Origin: Candidatus Woykebacteria bacterium
GTDB lineage: Bacteria > Patescibacteriota > Microgenomatia > Woykebacterales > RBG-16-39-9b
Length of the DNA: 64,000 bases
Direction: 5' to 3'
NCBI GenBank assembly: GCA_040876265.1
Contig: JBBDPN010000002.1
Span: 3,954-67,953, forward strand
Position numbers and translations under genes: made by a program. Position 1 is the stretch's first letter; each line of letters starts with the position of its first letter. The notes below the pieces were generated by a model that was not told the DNA's origin, made no database searches, and saw only the letters and a list, made by a program, of their open reading frames with translations. Shown here in pieces: positions 53,411 to 63,838 of the stretch.

Positions 53411-54459
53411 TGTTTCAACAAATACACTGCTGACTTGGTGCTACCCCGCTTCCTGACCAACCCCTTGCGCATAAGGTATCTCAAATCACGCAAGATAGTA
53501 TCATCGCTTACCATTGGCAGTAAATAACTCCATTCTTTATTAGAAACCTGCCCGTATTCCTGCATATATTCTACCAACTGCAACTGCCGCTCGTTCAGCG
53601 GTATCTGGCCTAGTCTCCCTTTCATTTTTATATCGACAGAAAGTTTTTGCACCTTTTCCTTCACTCTTTGCAGTTCTATTGCCAAGCCAGCCGTAAAATA
53701 TTCTATCCAGGCTGTTAAATCTCTTTCCGGAATACTTTTTGATTGATTGCTGGTTTTTTGCAAAACCAAGTAGTAGCTTCTGCTGTCTCGGTCAAAATAT
53801 TCCTCGATTGAAAAAAGCTTTTTGATATCATAGTCATCTTTAAAAAGGACAAGAGTAGACAAGATCCGGGCGGTCCTACCGTTACCATCCACAAAGGGGT
53901 GGATGGCCGTAATAACGTAGTGGGTGATGGCGGCTTTTATCACCGGATGGATCTCACCGGGTTCTACTCGATCCACCCAAAACAAAAAATCGCGGACCAG
54001 AGGTGAGATCTGTTTTGGTGGTGGTGGCGTGTATGAGGTCTCGCCTGTTTTCGAGTTTGTCACCCGGACTTGAACAGAACGGTACCTACCAGAGCTTTCT
54101 GTTTTCAAAATTTTCCTAGTGGTGACCTGGTGAATTTCTAAAAGGATTTTCTCGGTTATTGCTTCGTCTTTGTGGCTATCAATGTATTTTAAAACTTCGC
54201 GATAGTTCAAAACTTCCTGTACGTCCCGATCCCGAGCGGAAACACTCTGCCCTGCCAATACTTTTTCCACTTCTTTTTGCTCCAGAGCGTTACCCTCAAT
54301 GTGAGTACCGTGGTGGACAGTGCGGATAACTGCTTCATTGCGAAATTTTGCTTCATAGGCCGGTATTAGGGGTGAATTTTCTATAGTTGCTTTTGCCGCT
54401 TCAATCTTTCCGATATTAGTCAATATCTTGTTGGTTATTTTGTACGCAGGAGTAAACAC
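53407..54459 (-). CDS. Fic family protein with C-terminal wHTH
   Basis: HPFVDGNGRTAR; TILRDL..L...G. Confidence 0.9.
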   Translation of the reverse strand: MFTPAYKITNKILTNIGKIEAAKATIENSPLIPAYEAKFRNEAVIRTVHHGTHIEGNALEQKEVEKVLAGQSVSARDRDVQEVLNYREVLKYIDSHKDEAITEKILLEIHQVTTRKILKTESSGRYRSVQVRVTNSKTGETSYTPPPPKQISPLVRDFLFWVDRVEPGEIHPVIKAAITHYVITAIHPFVDGNGRTARILSTLVLFKDDYDIKKLFSIEEYFDRDSRSYYLVLQKTSNQSKSIPERDLTAWIEYFTAGLAIELQRVKEKVQKLSVDIKMKGRLGQIPLNERQLQLVEYMQEYGQVSNKEWSYLLPMVSDDTILRDLRYLMRKGLVRKRGSTKSAVYLLKQ

Positions 54460-54631
54460 AACTTACAACTTAACATTTATTACGTACAACTTCAATACCC
54501 GCACATTTACCGCAGATTGTCAATGGATCTGCAAAGAAAGTGGCCACTCCCAGAGCGCGGATCCGGCGAACCGCCCGACTTGCTCCAAGAGTGGCCTACA
54601 ATCGATCGTCAGGTACTAATGTCAGGGTTGG

Positions 54632-54754
54632 TTAAGACCCGGAAATGCCCGCGCTACCACCTATCGCGCCACCACAGCTCAGGTATAGAACCGTAAGCAG
54701 CGCGATGATCAGTAGCGCAATGCCAATGATGCGGTCGAGTCTGGTGAGTTTCAT
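54632..54754 (-). CDS. Small TM peptide (40 aa)
   Basis: SD GAGGTG, hydrophobic helix. Confidence 0.45.
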   Translation of the reverse strand: MKLTRLDRIIGIALLIIALLTVLYLSCGGAIGGSAGISGS

Positions 54755-54762
54755 TTCACACC

Positions 54763-55344
54763 TCACCAGTAGCCCCAGGCCCGACAGTAGCCACTTCCGT
54801 AACCGTCCACCCCGATGGTTGGCTTGTACTGTTCCACAGTGAACCAAGCCACCTTCAAAGTGAACGTGCCGGAAGCCCAGCTGCGTTTTGACCAGAGACT
54901 CTTGAGCCAGTAGCTTCCGTTGGTAAAGTCGCTACCGCTCCAACCCCACTTCGTGGAACTGGTAACGACAGGTGCGTACCAGCTCACGATCCTACTCCCG
55001 TTGTAGGTGAAGGTCTGGCGGAGTTTGTAGGAAATGACCTTCTGCCCGTAGATGTTCTTCAGATAGAACTCCACGGTGCACGTCTTGGAGTAGGTGCTAG
55101 CCGACGTCGCAGCGGTTGCGGTTACTGCCTCGGGTAACTGACTCTCCGCAGCGGCAACCTCGCTGGCGACTATCTCTGCCTGGCCGATGAGCCTACCGTT
55201 CCTTGCGAAAACCGGCTCGCTCTTCAGCAGCCGAGACGAGGAAGCAATCGGCGTTGCTGGCTCCTGCTCATCTGCAAAGGCTGGCTGAAGGCCGGCCAAA
55301 GCTAGAGCTGCCAGTGTGATGACGATCCCTAGGGTACGTTTCAT
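54763..55344 (-). CDS. Secreted hypothetical protein
   Basis: SD AGGAGG, signal peptide (AFA-D), Trp/Ser-rich beta domain. Confidence 0.65.
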   Translation of the reverse strand: MKRTLGIVITLAALALAGLQPAFADEQEPATPIASSSRLLKSEPVFARNGRLIGQAEIVASEVAAAESQLPEAVTATAATSASTYSKTCTVEFYLKNIYGQKVISYKLRQTFTYNGSRIVSWYAPVVTSSTKWGWSGSDFTNGSYWLKSLWSKRSWASGTFTLKVAWFTVEQYKPTIGVDGYGSGYCRAWGYW

Positions 55345-55585
55345 TTGGTTCCTCCTTAACCTTTAAGGTTGGAAGTCCCAAAACCGTACCCTTTGGACTC
55401 TCGCTATTTAATTGTAAAAACCTCCTCTTCCTCCTGACGACCGAAGTCGTCCCTCTTCCTCCCAAATGGAGGCTCATTTTCGCATATTTCTATCTTTTTG
55501 TCAATTACTCTGGGATAAATAATTTACTCATGAAAAAAGCCGATCGATTTGCACCAATCGGCTCTTCTCTCTCGTTTTCTTCCGG

Positions 55586-57073
55586 TCACTGCACAGTTGG
55601 GTTTTGCTCTGTGAACAGTCCGTCTGGGTTTAGTCGGTATAGCCAAGCAATTAGGCTGTAACCAAGCTCCTCCCAGTATTGGAAGCCGCCGGCATTGAGG
55701 CACTGCTCTTCGGTTAGATCCCACACTGGTAGGAGGTTACCGTCGATGCAGAAACCTTGACGGGTAGTCCAGACGTCGCCAGAACCTACGAAACCCTCGG
55801 GCGCTGGTGCTCCAGTCCACATCGGGCCGAAGTAGAGGGCACCAGACAGCAGACCATTGGAATCGTACAAGAGACCCTCCGGCTGGTTGGGATCGAACGT
55901 GTCATCCGTCCAGAGGCTCTCGTTCAGGAAGATGGCCCCGTAGCCTGAGATCGGCTGAGTAATCTGTTGATACCCGGCTGATTCAGCTGTGTCCAGCGTT
56001 CGGTACTGTTCAGTCGCTTCAATAGCATCTACGGCTTGGGTTTCAACCTTGGTGGTGCAGGTGGTCAGGATGACACCCCCACCAAAAGCCGCTGTGACGT
56101 CCCCGATGTTCAACGAGAGGTTGGCATCCATGTCCGAGCGCGCCTGGTACAAGGGGTTCTGGTGGCTGATCAGCAGCTTGCCGTGACCAAAGAGCTGCAC
56201 GACGTCCCCTATACTGGCGCTCCCGTTCTTGTCCGGATCTGGCGGCCAGGCATCGTGAGAACTGTTGTCGCGACAGTTGTCCAGTGGATCCGTGCCCATG
56301 TAGTTCTCGGCTGTGTCTGGGCGACCGTCGCCATCGTCATCGTTGTCGCAGGCGTTGCCGGCGCCGTCGATGTCGCGGTCCTGCTGTAGTGGGTTGGGGT
56401 TCGTCATGCAGTTATCCACCGCGTCTTCAATCCCATCACCGTCATAGTCCGGACCTATCGAAGCTGCATTAAACCCTCCGTTTACAGGGCAGCTGCGATC
56501 GTAATTAAGGCAGACTCCGTAAATATCCCCTCCAGGCCAGCTAGCGCAGGGTGGGTTCGACACGTAGTCGTTGATCCTACCCATCACGGTGGAAGCACCG
56601 TAGTAGGGATCGACGTAGCAGTTGTCGGTGATGTGCTTCTTCAGGCCAAGGACCTGACCAAGCCCCTTCAGAGCAGCCGCCATTTTCCAGCCGGACCAGT
56701 ACGTGTCCAGGTTGTTCCAAGATTGATCGAACCTCACGAACGCTCGGTTGATATAGCCATCGGACGGACTAATGTTGAGCTGAGTGCAGGCATAGTGAGG
56801 AGCTGGACAGATGCCCCAAGTCATGCTGACTGTACCACACCCTCCGATTACTTTCCCGAAAGGTTGGTACCCTATGACTGCCTCATAGACGGCGTTCCAA
56901 GTACCGACTGCGCTGTCCCATTCCGAGGGCTGGGGATTACCACCACAGGAGGTGTCGTATGAGACGACCGAGTCTATCCCAGGCTGTAGCTGTATAAGCT
57001 CGTCGCCGCTCGGGTCACAAGCCACCAGAAACAACGCGGCGGCAGCAATGAAGACCAAAATGACCGTCTTCAT
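55586..57073 (-). CDS. Lipoprotein-like surface protein with degenerate metzincin-like region, thrombospondin type-3 repeats and dockerin-like region
   Basis: LVAC lipobox, DYDGDGIEDAVDNC...NP.Q.D.D.DGAGNACD.DDDGDG, paired DKNG...IGDV / DAN...IGDV. Confidence 0.7.
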   Translation of the reverse strand: MKTVILVFIAAAALFLVACDPSGDELIQLQPGIDSVVSYDTSCGGNPQPSEWDSAVGTWNAVYEAVIGYQPFGKVIGGCGTVSMTWGICPAPHYACTQLNISPSDGYINRAFVRFDQSWNNLDTYWSGWKMAAALKGLGQVLGLKKHITDNCYVDPYYGASTVMGRINDYVSNPPCASWPGGDIYGVCLNYDRSCPVNGGFNAASIGPDYDGDGIEDAVDNCMTNPNPLQQDRDIDGAGNACDNDDDGDGRPDTAENYMGTDPLDNCRDNSSHDAWPPDPDKNGSASIGDVVQLFGHGKLLISHQNPLYQARSDMDANLSLNIGDVTAAFGGGVILTTCTTKVETQAVDAIEATEQYRTLDTAESAGYQQITQPISGYGAIFLNESLWTDDTFDPNQPEGLLYDSNGLLSGALYFGPMWTGAPAPEGFVGSGDVWTTRQGFCIDGNLLPVWDLTEEQCLNAGGFQYWEELGYSLIAWLYRLNPDGLFTEQNPTVQ

Positions 57074-57801
57074 TGCTCACCCCTCACCGTCAGGCTCTCG
57101 AGGAATGTCTGGAAGGCTGCTCCATCATCGGGATGGACCTCTCCAGGTCGTCCGCCGTCCTTTTGTCCTTGCTCTACAGTGTAGCTACCATCTTCGGATG
57201 CTCTTACCTCCATCCAGGAACGGCAGTTCTCCACCCTTAAGAAGCCCAGGGTGGCATCAGTGATGGTATTGATACCAGTCCCGGGATCAGGCACCCGATA
57301 CTTGAAGTAGCCACCCTCTTGGCCCCACCACATTTCAGGTTGCTGCCCGAAGTCGTTGTACGGCCAGGGCGCTTTGGCGGGGTCGAGCGGCTCCTGCCTC
57401 TTCGTAGCCAGTATCTCAGCAATCTGTGCGTTGGCTGCAGCGGCGGCAACCTCCCGCTGATCCTGCACCAGATTACCCTGACCGTCCAGAACTACTCGCG
57501 ACTTTAGCTTTTCTGACCCCTCCGCACCTTGGACGGTTTTTTCGATATCAATTTCCATTTGCGGTGTTGGACCCGACGGGTGGAGGAAGAATAGACCTAC
57601 TCTGCTATACCCGCCACTTTCTGTCTGGGTGGGCGAAGCTTCGAGTACGGTGTCGCAGATCCGGTACTCGATTAGGTCTGCCTCCACCGGCTGGGTATGT
57701 ACGTGTGTGCTGCTGTCCCAAGGCTGCCACACGAACAACACCGCCAAGACGGCTATTAGGGCTGCGACGACTATAACGGCCCTAAGAATTCTCGCTCCCA
57801 T
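57070..57801 (-). CDS. N-terminally anchored hypothetical protein
   Basis: TM + WQPW. Stop overlaps the next start (ATGA). Confidence 0.65.
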   Translation of the reverse strand: MGARILRAVIVVAALIAVLAVLFVWQPWDSSTHVHTQPVEADLIEYRICDTVLEASPTQTESGGYSRVGLFFLHPSGPTPQMEIDIEKTVQGAEGSEKLKSRVVLDGQGNLVQDQREVAAAAANAQIAEILATKRQEPLDPAKAPWPYNDFGQQPEMWWGQEGGYFKYRVPDPGTGINTITDATLGFLRVENCRSWMEVRASEDGSYTVEQGQKDGGRPGEVHPDDGAAFQTFLESLTVRGEQ

Positions 57802-58020
57802 GCTGTTCCTCCTTTTCCTCCTTAGGAAATATCCGCTTGTTAATTTGCCAATCCTCTATAGCACTTTTGGCCTATAAAGTCAAGCAAGCAGCGACGAACA
57901 AACGTTGTTTTTTAATTTACCCAAATCCTGTAGTATCTTCGGATTTAATTGTCTAGGCGAGCTGTTTAAATATGATATGAATAGAGGCCGAGAGTTATTT
58001 ACTCGCGGCCTCTACCTGGG

Positions 58021-58569
58021 TCAGGGTTGGGTGATACTTCCTTCAGCTGTTATGGAACAGACCTGGCTACCTTGGTGCCAGATGAATCCTCTACCCACGT
58101 ACTGCTCTAGTCTCGAGCCAAAAACGCGCAAGGGATCAACATCGTAGGTCAGCAACCAGTCTGGCCAGTCTCTGTGCCAATACCTGGCTTCGAAATCGAA
58201 TAAGAGGTCTGGTCTTGATGCAGTAGCCAAATCAACAAACTCACGGACCTTTTCCGCGGTTTGTCTCAAGATACGCCTGGGCATCCGTAGGCTCACTACT
58301 CCCGACCAAAGAACCTCATCGTGTCGAGTCAAGAATTCATGGATCTTCTGCGACCTCCAAGTCCCACTATCTACTAGCCGCAAGGCGGTGTAGCGGAATG
58401 GGGCACTTGGGTGTTGCAGAAGCCTAAATGGTAGGAACGATCCATTACCGACAAGTAGTTCACCCCTTTGGGGCCAGGTTTTCTGTCTCCCCTCAACGAT
58501 CTTCTCTCTTACCACGTGAAGCAGCGGACTCTTCACTTCATCTCCTCCTAACTTCTTAGATTTCTCCAC
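58021..58569 (-). CDS. Hypothetical protein
   Basis: 182-aa ORF coupled to the upstream ORF. Confidence 0.5.
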   Translation of the reverse strand: MEKSKKLGGDEVKSPLLHVVREKIVEGRQKTWPQRGELLVGNGSFLPFRLLQHPSAPFRYTALRLVDSGTWRSQKIHEFLTRHDEVLWSGVVSLRMPRRILRQTAEKVREFVDLATASRPDLLFDFEARYWHRDWPDWLLTYDVDPLRVFGSRLEQYVGRGFIWHQGSQVCSITAEGSITQP

Positions 58570-58805
58570 TCGTCGATTCTTTCGAACAAACCGTTTGCTT
58601 TCCCTTGACTTAGTATCGAACTTACCCGTGTCCTCACAAGTTGAACGGTTGAGTGAGCCAACCTAGGGTCCTTTGGTCGCAGCAAGTCAAAGTACTTCAG
58701 ACAAATGTAGTTGGCTATCTGGCGTTGCGATGCACCTCCGCCCAATGCCTTGATTGCTTCCGAAACGTGAATGTGCTCGATGGGTACGCTAGCTCTTCTA
58801 GCCAT
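58548..58805 (-). CDS. Hypothetical protein, possible winged-helix
   Basis: SD AGGGAGG; AIKALGGGASQRQIANYI...RVSSILS. Confidence 0.5.
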   Translation of the reverse strand: MARRASVPIEHIHVSEAIKALGGGASQRQIANYICLKYFDLLRPKDPRLAHSTVQLVRTRVSSILSQGKANGLFERIDEWRNLRS

Positions 58806-58852
58806 CTAACCTCCCTCCTAAAACTTGCAAAAATTTTACCACCCTAGTCAAA

Positions 58853-58879
58853 TTAGCAGAAGGGGGTTGAAAGTGCTAA
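58853..58879 (+). promoter_or_regulatory. CIRCE-like (HrcA) operator upstream of clpB
   Basis: TTAGCAGAA-N9-AAGTGCTAA versus consensus TTAGCACTC-N9-GAGTGCTAA. Confidence 0.65.
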
Positions 58880-58968
58880 CTAGTTATGTTATAAGTTCTA
58901 TTGGAGTTTTAAGTTCTAAGTTATAAGATTTTCTACACTACTTAGATATTATAATTTACATCTAAACT

Positions 58969-61128
58969 ATGGATGGAATTCCTGAACAAACAATTGGTCC
59001 ACAAGTAGCCAAAAACCCCTTGGAGGCCTACGGCCGTGATCTTACTTCCCTAGCTAAGAACGGAAAATTGGATCCGGTTATTGGTCGTGATGGTGAGATC
59101 CGTCGGGTGATGCAAATCCTTTCCAGAAGGACGAAAAATAATCCCGTTTTGGTAGGTGAAGCTGGCGTGGGTAAAACCGCCATCGTGGAAGGTCTTGCCC
59201 AAAGAATGGTGGCCGGTGACGTGCCAGACACTTTGAAAAACAAAGAACTGGTGCAACTGGATATGGCGGCTATTGTCGCCGGAGCCGCGTTCCGCGGTGA
59301 ATTTGAAGAAAGGCTAAAGGCGGTTCTCAAAGCTGTAACTGAAGGCGACGGTAAATATATTTTATTTATCGACGAGCTGCACACCGTGGTTGGTACCGGC
59401 AAAGCTGAAGGTGCCGTAGATGCCGCCAATATCCTCAAGCCTTCTCTTGCTCGCGGCGAACTACATATGATCGGCGCTACGACAAATAAAGAGTACCGCG
59501 AGTACATAGAGCGCGACCCGGCCTTTGAACGCAGATTCCAACCGGTTTACGTGGAGCAGCCTAGTGTCGAAGACACTGTCGCTATATTGCGTGGTTTAAA
59601 GGAGCGCTACGAGGTCCACCACGGAGTAAGGATCACCGACGCAGCGATCATTGCCGCGGCAGGGCTTTCCGCTCGTTATATTTCTGGTCGTTTTCTGCCA
59701 GACAAAGCAGTTGACCTCATCGACGAAGCCACATCTTCTCTAAAAATGGAAGTAGAATCTATGCCGGTAGAACTCGACAGCCTTAAGAGAAACGTTTTGC
59801 AACTAGAAATTGAGCAACAAGCCTTAAAAAAGGAAAAGGACTCATCCAGTCGGGAACGTCTACAAAATCTCGAGAAAGAGTTAAAGAGCAAAAAGCAAAA
59901 ATTTGATGATCTTGAGGCACAATGGAAAAAAGAAAAAGACGCTATCGGTAAGCTACAATCTATCAGTTCTGAACTCGAAAAAAACAAAATCGCTCTTGAA
60001 ACAGCTGAAAGAGACGCAGATTTAAACCGGGCAGCGGAGATCAAATTTGGTAAAATTCCACAGCTTAAAGAAAAAATTAAAGAGGCAAATAAAGCTCTTC
60101 AGCAAGTAACAGATGGCAGTCCTGCCCTACTGCGAGAAGAAGTAACGGCGGAAGATATTGCCAAAGTTGTCTCCCTTTGGACAGGTATTCCTGTTGCCCG
60201 GCTACTAGAAGGAGAAGCAGCAAAACTCTCCAAAATGGAAGAGGAACTTCACGCTCGTATGGTGGATCAAGACGAGGCGATCAAATCGGTTGCCAACGCT
60301 ATCCGCCGCCACCGGGCTGGAGTAAGTGAAGAAAGCAAACCAATCGGTAGTTTTATTTTCTTTGGACCAACTGGTGTCGGTAAAACAGAATTGGCCAGAT
60401 CTTTAGCTGATTTTCTATTTAATGACGAGCACGCTATGGTGCGCATCGATATGAGTGAGTATATGGAACAGCACACTGTGGCCAGACTCATCGGTGCGCC
60501 GCCAGGATACATTGGTTTTGAGGAAGGTGGGCAGCTGACAGAAGCGGTGCGGAGAAAACCCTACAGCGTGATACTTTTTGATGAACTAGAAAAAGCCCAT
60601 CGAGACGTTTTCAATCTCCTACTTCAAGTGCTAGAACCTGGAAGATTGACTGATGGACGTGGTAGAACCGTAGATTTTCGAAACAGTGTAATTATTATGA
60701 CCAGTAATTTAGGAAGCGAGATAATTCAAAAATATGAAGGGAAAACCCCGGGGGTAATGAAAGAAGAGCTTATAGGGCTGGTGAGGAAATCTTTTCGACC
60801 AGAATTCCTCAACCGAGTGGATGAAATTGTCGTGTTTAATCCTCTTGGCGAGAAGGAAATAAGACAAATTACTGGTTTACAATTAAACAAAGTTATAAGC
60901 CGTTTCAAGGAAAAAGGGATCACTCTCAAAATTTCTGACGAGGTGGCATTAAAAATAGCCAAAGAAGGCTTTGATCCTGTTTGGGGTGCCCGCCCATTAA
61001 AGCGAGTCGTACAAAACCAGCTTCTGGACGAACTTTCAATGCAGATTGTGGAAGGTGGAATCAAGGGCGGCGATACGGTGACCGTCGCCCTTGATAATGG
61101 CAGGATCGTGTTTAGCAGATCCGGCTAA
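58969..61128 (+). CDS. clpB: ClpB chaperone lacking the N-terminal domain
   Basis: Begins just before LEAYGRDLT; long coiled-coil middle domain ([11 protein letters not shown]); two AAA+ modules. Confidence 0.9.
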   Translation: MDGIPEQTIGPQVAKNPLEAYGRDLTSLAKNGKLDPVIGRDGEIRRVMQILSRRTKNNPVLVGEAGVGKTAIVEGLAQRMVAGDVPDTLKNKELVQLDMAAIVAGAAFRGEFEERLKAVLKAVTEGDGKYILFIDELHTVVGTGKAEGAVDAANILKPSLARGELHMIGATTNKEYREYIERDPAFERRFQPVYVEQPSVEDTVAILRGLKERYEVHHGVRITDAAIIAAAGLSARYISGRFLPDKAVDLIDEATSSLKMEVESMPVELDSLKRNVLQLEIEQQALKKEKDSSSRERLQNLEKELKSKKQKFDDLEAQWKKEKDAIGKLQSISSELEKNKIALETAERDADLNRAAEIKFGKIPQLKEKIKEANKALQQVTDGSPALLREEVTAEDIAKVVSLWTGIPVARLLEGEAAKLSKMEEELHARMVDQDEAIKSVANAIRRHRAGVSEESKPIGSFIFFGPTGVGKTELARSLADFLFNDEHAMVRIDMSEYMEQHTVARLIGAPPGYIGFEEGGQLTEAVRRKPYSVILFDELEKAHRDVFNLLLQVLEPGRLTDGRGRTVDFRNSVIIMTSNLGSEIIQKYEGKTPGVMKEELIGLVRKSFRPEFLNRVDEIVVFNPLGEKEIRQITGLQLNKVISRFKEKGITLKISDEVALKIAKEGFDPVWGARPLKRVVQNQLLDELSMQIVEGGIKGGDTVTVALDNGRIVFSRSG

Positions 61129-61244
61129 TCTGCTTGTATTGGGCCTCTGCCTCCTTCAGCTTTCTCCTTTAGCTAAACATCTCCCCGATTTCTACTAGCT
61201 GGCTTGCGTAGGGTCCTTCTTTGAGCTGCTCCTTAACGAGTCTT

Positions 61245-61382
61245 TCAAACGCCACGGACAGCGTGCAATCCCACATCACGGGTTTTTTCTACGTGGTCCG
61301 TGTTGGGCCGGGGTCGGGTAAGCCAAAAGAAGAGACAAACGCCAACCACAATGCCGACGAGTAACCACCAGTTTGGCTTCAT
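61245..61382 (-). CDS. Small TM peptide (45 aa)
   Basis: Own translation MKPNWWLLVGIVVGVCLFFWLTRP...; paralog at 61882..62040. Confidence 0.5.
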   Translation of the reverse strand: MKPNWWLLVGIVVGVCLFFWLTRPRPNTDHVEKTRDVGLHAVRGV

Positions 61383-61403
61383 CACCCGCTCCTTTCTAGA
61401 TAG

Positions 61404-61604
61404 TCATCTCTTTAATCTACGCAACCGGCTGGCATACGGCTCTTCTTGTAGCTGATCCGTGACAATAATCTCAAATGCCTCAGACAGCGTACGATCCCAC
61501 ATTACGGCGATGTAATGCAGCTGCGCCACCAGCGTCCTAGGCAAGGAGACCGTCATCCTGGCTCTGTCTTCTTTACCCTTCACGCCGCCGCTCGGAGAAT
61601 CCAA
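61404..61604 (-). CDS. Ribbon-helix-helix (CopG-like) protein
   Basis: RMTVSLP..LV.QL..IA....TLSEAFE. Confidence 0.6.
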   Translation of the reverse strand: MDSPSGGVKGKEDRARMTVSLPRTLVAQLHYIAVMWDRTLSEAFEIIVTDQLQEEPYASRLRRLKR

Positions 61605-61885
61605 ACAGGTTCTTCGCCCTTCTTGTAGGCCTTCTTGATCACCACCTTGTGAACAGGCTGGCCGCGACGACGAAGTCTGTAGATAAGCCGGTGGTAATCC
61701 TTACCCCAACCAACTACTTTATTTTCGTAAACCGCTACGAAGCAGTTTGGATACCTACCCTGGAGATCTTCGTAATGGGCGGAAAAGTACCCCAGATCAG
61801 CTTGGAGTTGCCTCATCTGCTCAACGAGATCTTGTGGAGTCAGACCAACTCTTTGAAAGTAGGCCTCTAAATCCGCAGCCTTCAT
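61580..61885 (-). CDS. DUF5678-like protein
   Basis: HYEDLQGRYPNCFVAVYENKVVG.GKD...L. Confidence 0.6.
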   Translation of the reverse strand: MKAADLEAYFQRVGLTPQDLVEQMRQLQADLGYFSAHYEDLQGRYPNCFVAVYENKVVGWGKDYHRLIYRLRRRGQPVHKVVIKKAYKKGEEPVWILRAAA

Positions 61886-62040
61886 CGTCCACTCCTTTCT
61901 CGATTTTCTCCTAAATATTTCGAACTCTGCCACGGCCGTGCGATCCAGAAGAAGAGATAAACACCAACTATAATGCCAATCAACAGGACGTGATTTGTCT
62001 TCCGTTCATCTCCTTCGACAGCCGTACCTTTAGTTGGCAT
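61882..62040 (-). CDS. Small TM peptide (52 aa)
   Basis: Own translation ...VLLIGIIVGVYLFFWIARP...; stop overlaps the next ATG. Confidence 0.5.
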   Translation of the reverse strand: MPTKGTAVEGDERKTNHVLLIGIIVGVYLFFWIARPWQSSKYLGENRERSGR

Positions 62041-62392
62041 GAACTAGAACTCCCTCGGGATGATAGATATCACCTCTAGAGAGCGGGGGTCCGGAGAAAG
62101 GATCCTCGCCCTCCTCGACTTGATCTTCTGGTACAAATTCGAACCCAAACTCACCCGAACCCTCTACCAGTACTAGATGTTTGCTTGGCCTTGGGCTCCA
62201 GAACGCTGCCCATAAGTCCAGGTAGAAGCGGATTCTCTCGTGCCTCAGCCGCGCGTCCTCCTGGATGAGCAATATCGGCAGCCCGATCGCTATATCAAAA
62301 AGGGTCGGCATGATTATCACCACCTTTTGCATCGACCGACCAAACTCTCCTCCGTTTGATTCAAAAGTAGCACTATGGGGTGAGGTTGTCAA
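62030..62392 (-). CDS. Hypothetical protein
   Basis: ORF in a co-oriented small-gene array; start uncertain. Confidence 0.4.
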   Translation of the reverse strand: MTTSPHSATFESNGGEFGRSMQKVVIIMPTLFDIAIGLPILLIQEDARLRHERIRFYLDLWAAFWSPRPSKHLVLVEGSGEFGFEFVPEDQVEEGEDPFSGPPLSRGDIYHPEGVLVHAN

Positions 62393-62467
62393 TTAGATTC
62401 CTTGAAAAAGAAGATGCCGGCTCACTGGTGGTGAAACCGGCACTCGTGATCTCTTGGGGACGTTGGG

Positions 62468-62599
62468 TCAGATCTCTACGTCTGGGCCCACTTCCTCCGA
62501 ATCGAAGGCGAGAAAGACGAAGGTAGCAATCGGAAGAGCGGCCGCCAGCATAATGGCTGCCTTCTCGATCCGACTAAGTCTCTCCTGCTTTTTCTCCAT
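62468..62599 (-). CDS. Small TM peptide (43 aa)
   Basis: SD AGGAGG; MEKKQERLSRIEKAAIMLAAALPIATFVFLAF... Confidence 0.5.
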   Translation of the reverse strand: MEKKQERLSRIEKAAIMLAAALPIATFVFLAFDSEEVGPDVEI

Positions 62600-62612
62600 C
62601 TTGATCTCCTCC

Positions 62613-62870
62613 TTAGACTTCCAAGGTAAGCGGCAGAAACATGTGCTGCTGTGGGTCGACGTGTGTGTCGGTTAGTTCGTCCAGCTTCCTCCCTAGGAAT
62701 CGCCGGCGAGTGTTAAATACCCTTGGTGCTTGTGCCAAAAGGTGGCGAGGATCGGGACTGAGCATCTGCCCAAGGCCTGGAGCTTGCGCTCTTAATCTAA
62801 TGGCTTGGCGATGCCCGTTCTCCCGTATGCCCTCCAAACGCTCCACCTTGACACGAAGCTGTTTCGTCAA
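62613..62870 (-). CDS. Hypothetical basic protein
   Basis: SD AGGAGG + TTG. Confidence 0.45.
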   Translation of the reverse strand: MTKQLRVKVERLEGIRENGHRQAIRLRAQAPGLGQMLSPDPRHLLAQAPRVFNTRRRFLGRKLDELTDTHVDPQQHMFLPLTLEV

Positions 62871-62960
62871 TGTGCGCCTCCTTCTTCCGACTTTTTTGAA
62901 ATTATATACCTACCAAGCAACCATTTCAACATGAAAAACCGCCCCTGTTCCGGAATCAGA

Positions 62961-63275
62961 TCAGCGGCGGTGATACCTCTTTACCCACTCTTCTTTCCTG
63001 TGTCTCTCAATGGCTTTAGCGGTATCCTTTGGATCCTCTGGTCCAATTGGATCACGGCTGATACCCTCGTTACTAGGTCGTACTTCCTGCTGTAGTGGGC
63101 CATCGTTGAACTGCTCGACCAGCTCGCCTTCCAATCCGACGTTCCGGTTACAAAGCGCTAGGATAGCCTTCCCTATGTATGCGCTCATCAACGCCGGGAC
63201 TACCACCAGCAGAACTATTATTATCACGCGTGCATAAAAGGCTGAATCAGAGTCTCCAAACAGCCAGTCGATCAT
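62961..63275 (-). CDS. Single-TM hypothetical protein
   Basis: TM; ATGA overlap with the upstream ORF. Confidence 0.5.
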   Translation of the reverse strand: MIDWLFGDSDSAFYARVIIIVLLVVVPALMSAYIGKAILALCNRNVGLEGELVEQFNDGPLQQEVRPSNEGISRDPIGPEDPKDTAKAIERHRKEEWVKRYHRR

Positions 63276-63475
63276 GCCTCTTCATCCTCCGGTTGCTTAT
63301 CCGCGTACGGGATCTTACTCGCTGCCTCGTCCGTACCAACTTTTATCCAAGACCAAAGTATGGACACGATTGCAACAGCGGTGATTATAGACAGCAAGGC
63401 GACTACTACCCAACCCCAAATTGCATCTGGATCGGACGCGGAGGCTAGGAACACTTGATCAACCATTATGTTCAT
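63272..63475 (-). CDS. Single-TM hypothetical protein
   Basis: SD GGAGG, TM. Confidence 0.5.
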   Translation of the reverse strand: MNIMVDQVFLASASDPDAIWGWVVVALLSIITAVAIVSILWSWIKVGTDEAASKIPYADKQPEDEEA

Positions 63476-63490
63476 TACTCAACCCTCCGA

Positions 63491-63763
63491 TCACTGCTCT
63501 TCTGGGTCCTTGAAAGATTCCCTGATCAAATCGGCGATCCCAAGCTCCTCAATGTGTTGCCCCAAAATATCAAGGAGCCTGCTTTCATCTACTGTGGCGT
63601 ATCCAAGTGACTTTTGCAGCAAGGTTTGTCCGATTTCGCGAATTTCTTCCGATGTGAATTCGCTAATTAGGATCTCGAGCTGCTTAGGCTCATCGTCGGT
63701 TCGAAGTAGACGCCAAAGCCTTTCAGCATAGTCTGGGTGCCCGAGTATAGTTGCCTCAATCAT
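63491..63763 (-). CDS. Acidic hypothetical protein
   Basis: SD GAGGAG. Confidence 0.5.
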   Translation of the reverse strand: MIEATILGHPDYAERLWRLLRTDDEPKQLEILISEFTSEEIREIGQTLLQKSLGYATVDESRLLDILGQHIEELGIADLIRESFKDPEEQ

Positions 63764-63838
63764 TTCTCCTCAATCCTCCTTCCCAAAAGTGGAAAGATAT
63801 TACATTACAATTGGGCAAATTACAAGATGATACAGAAG

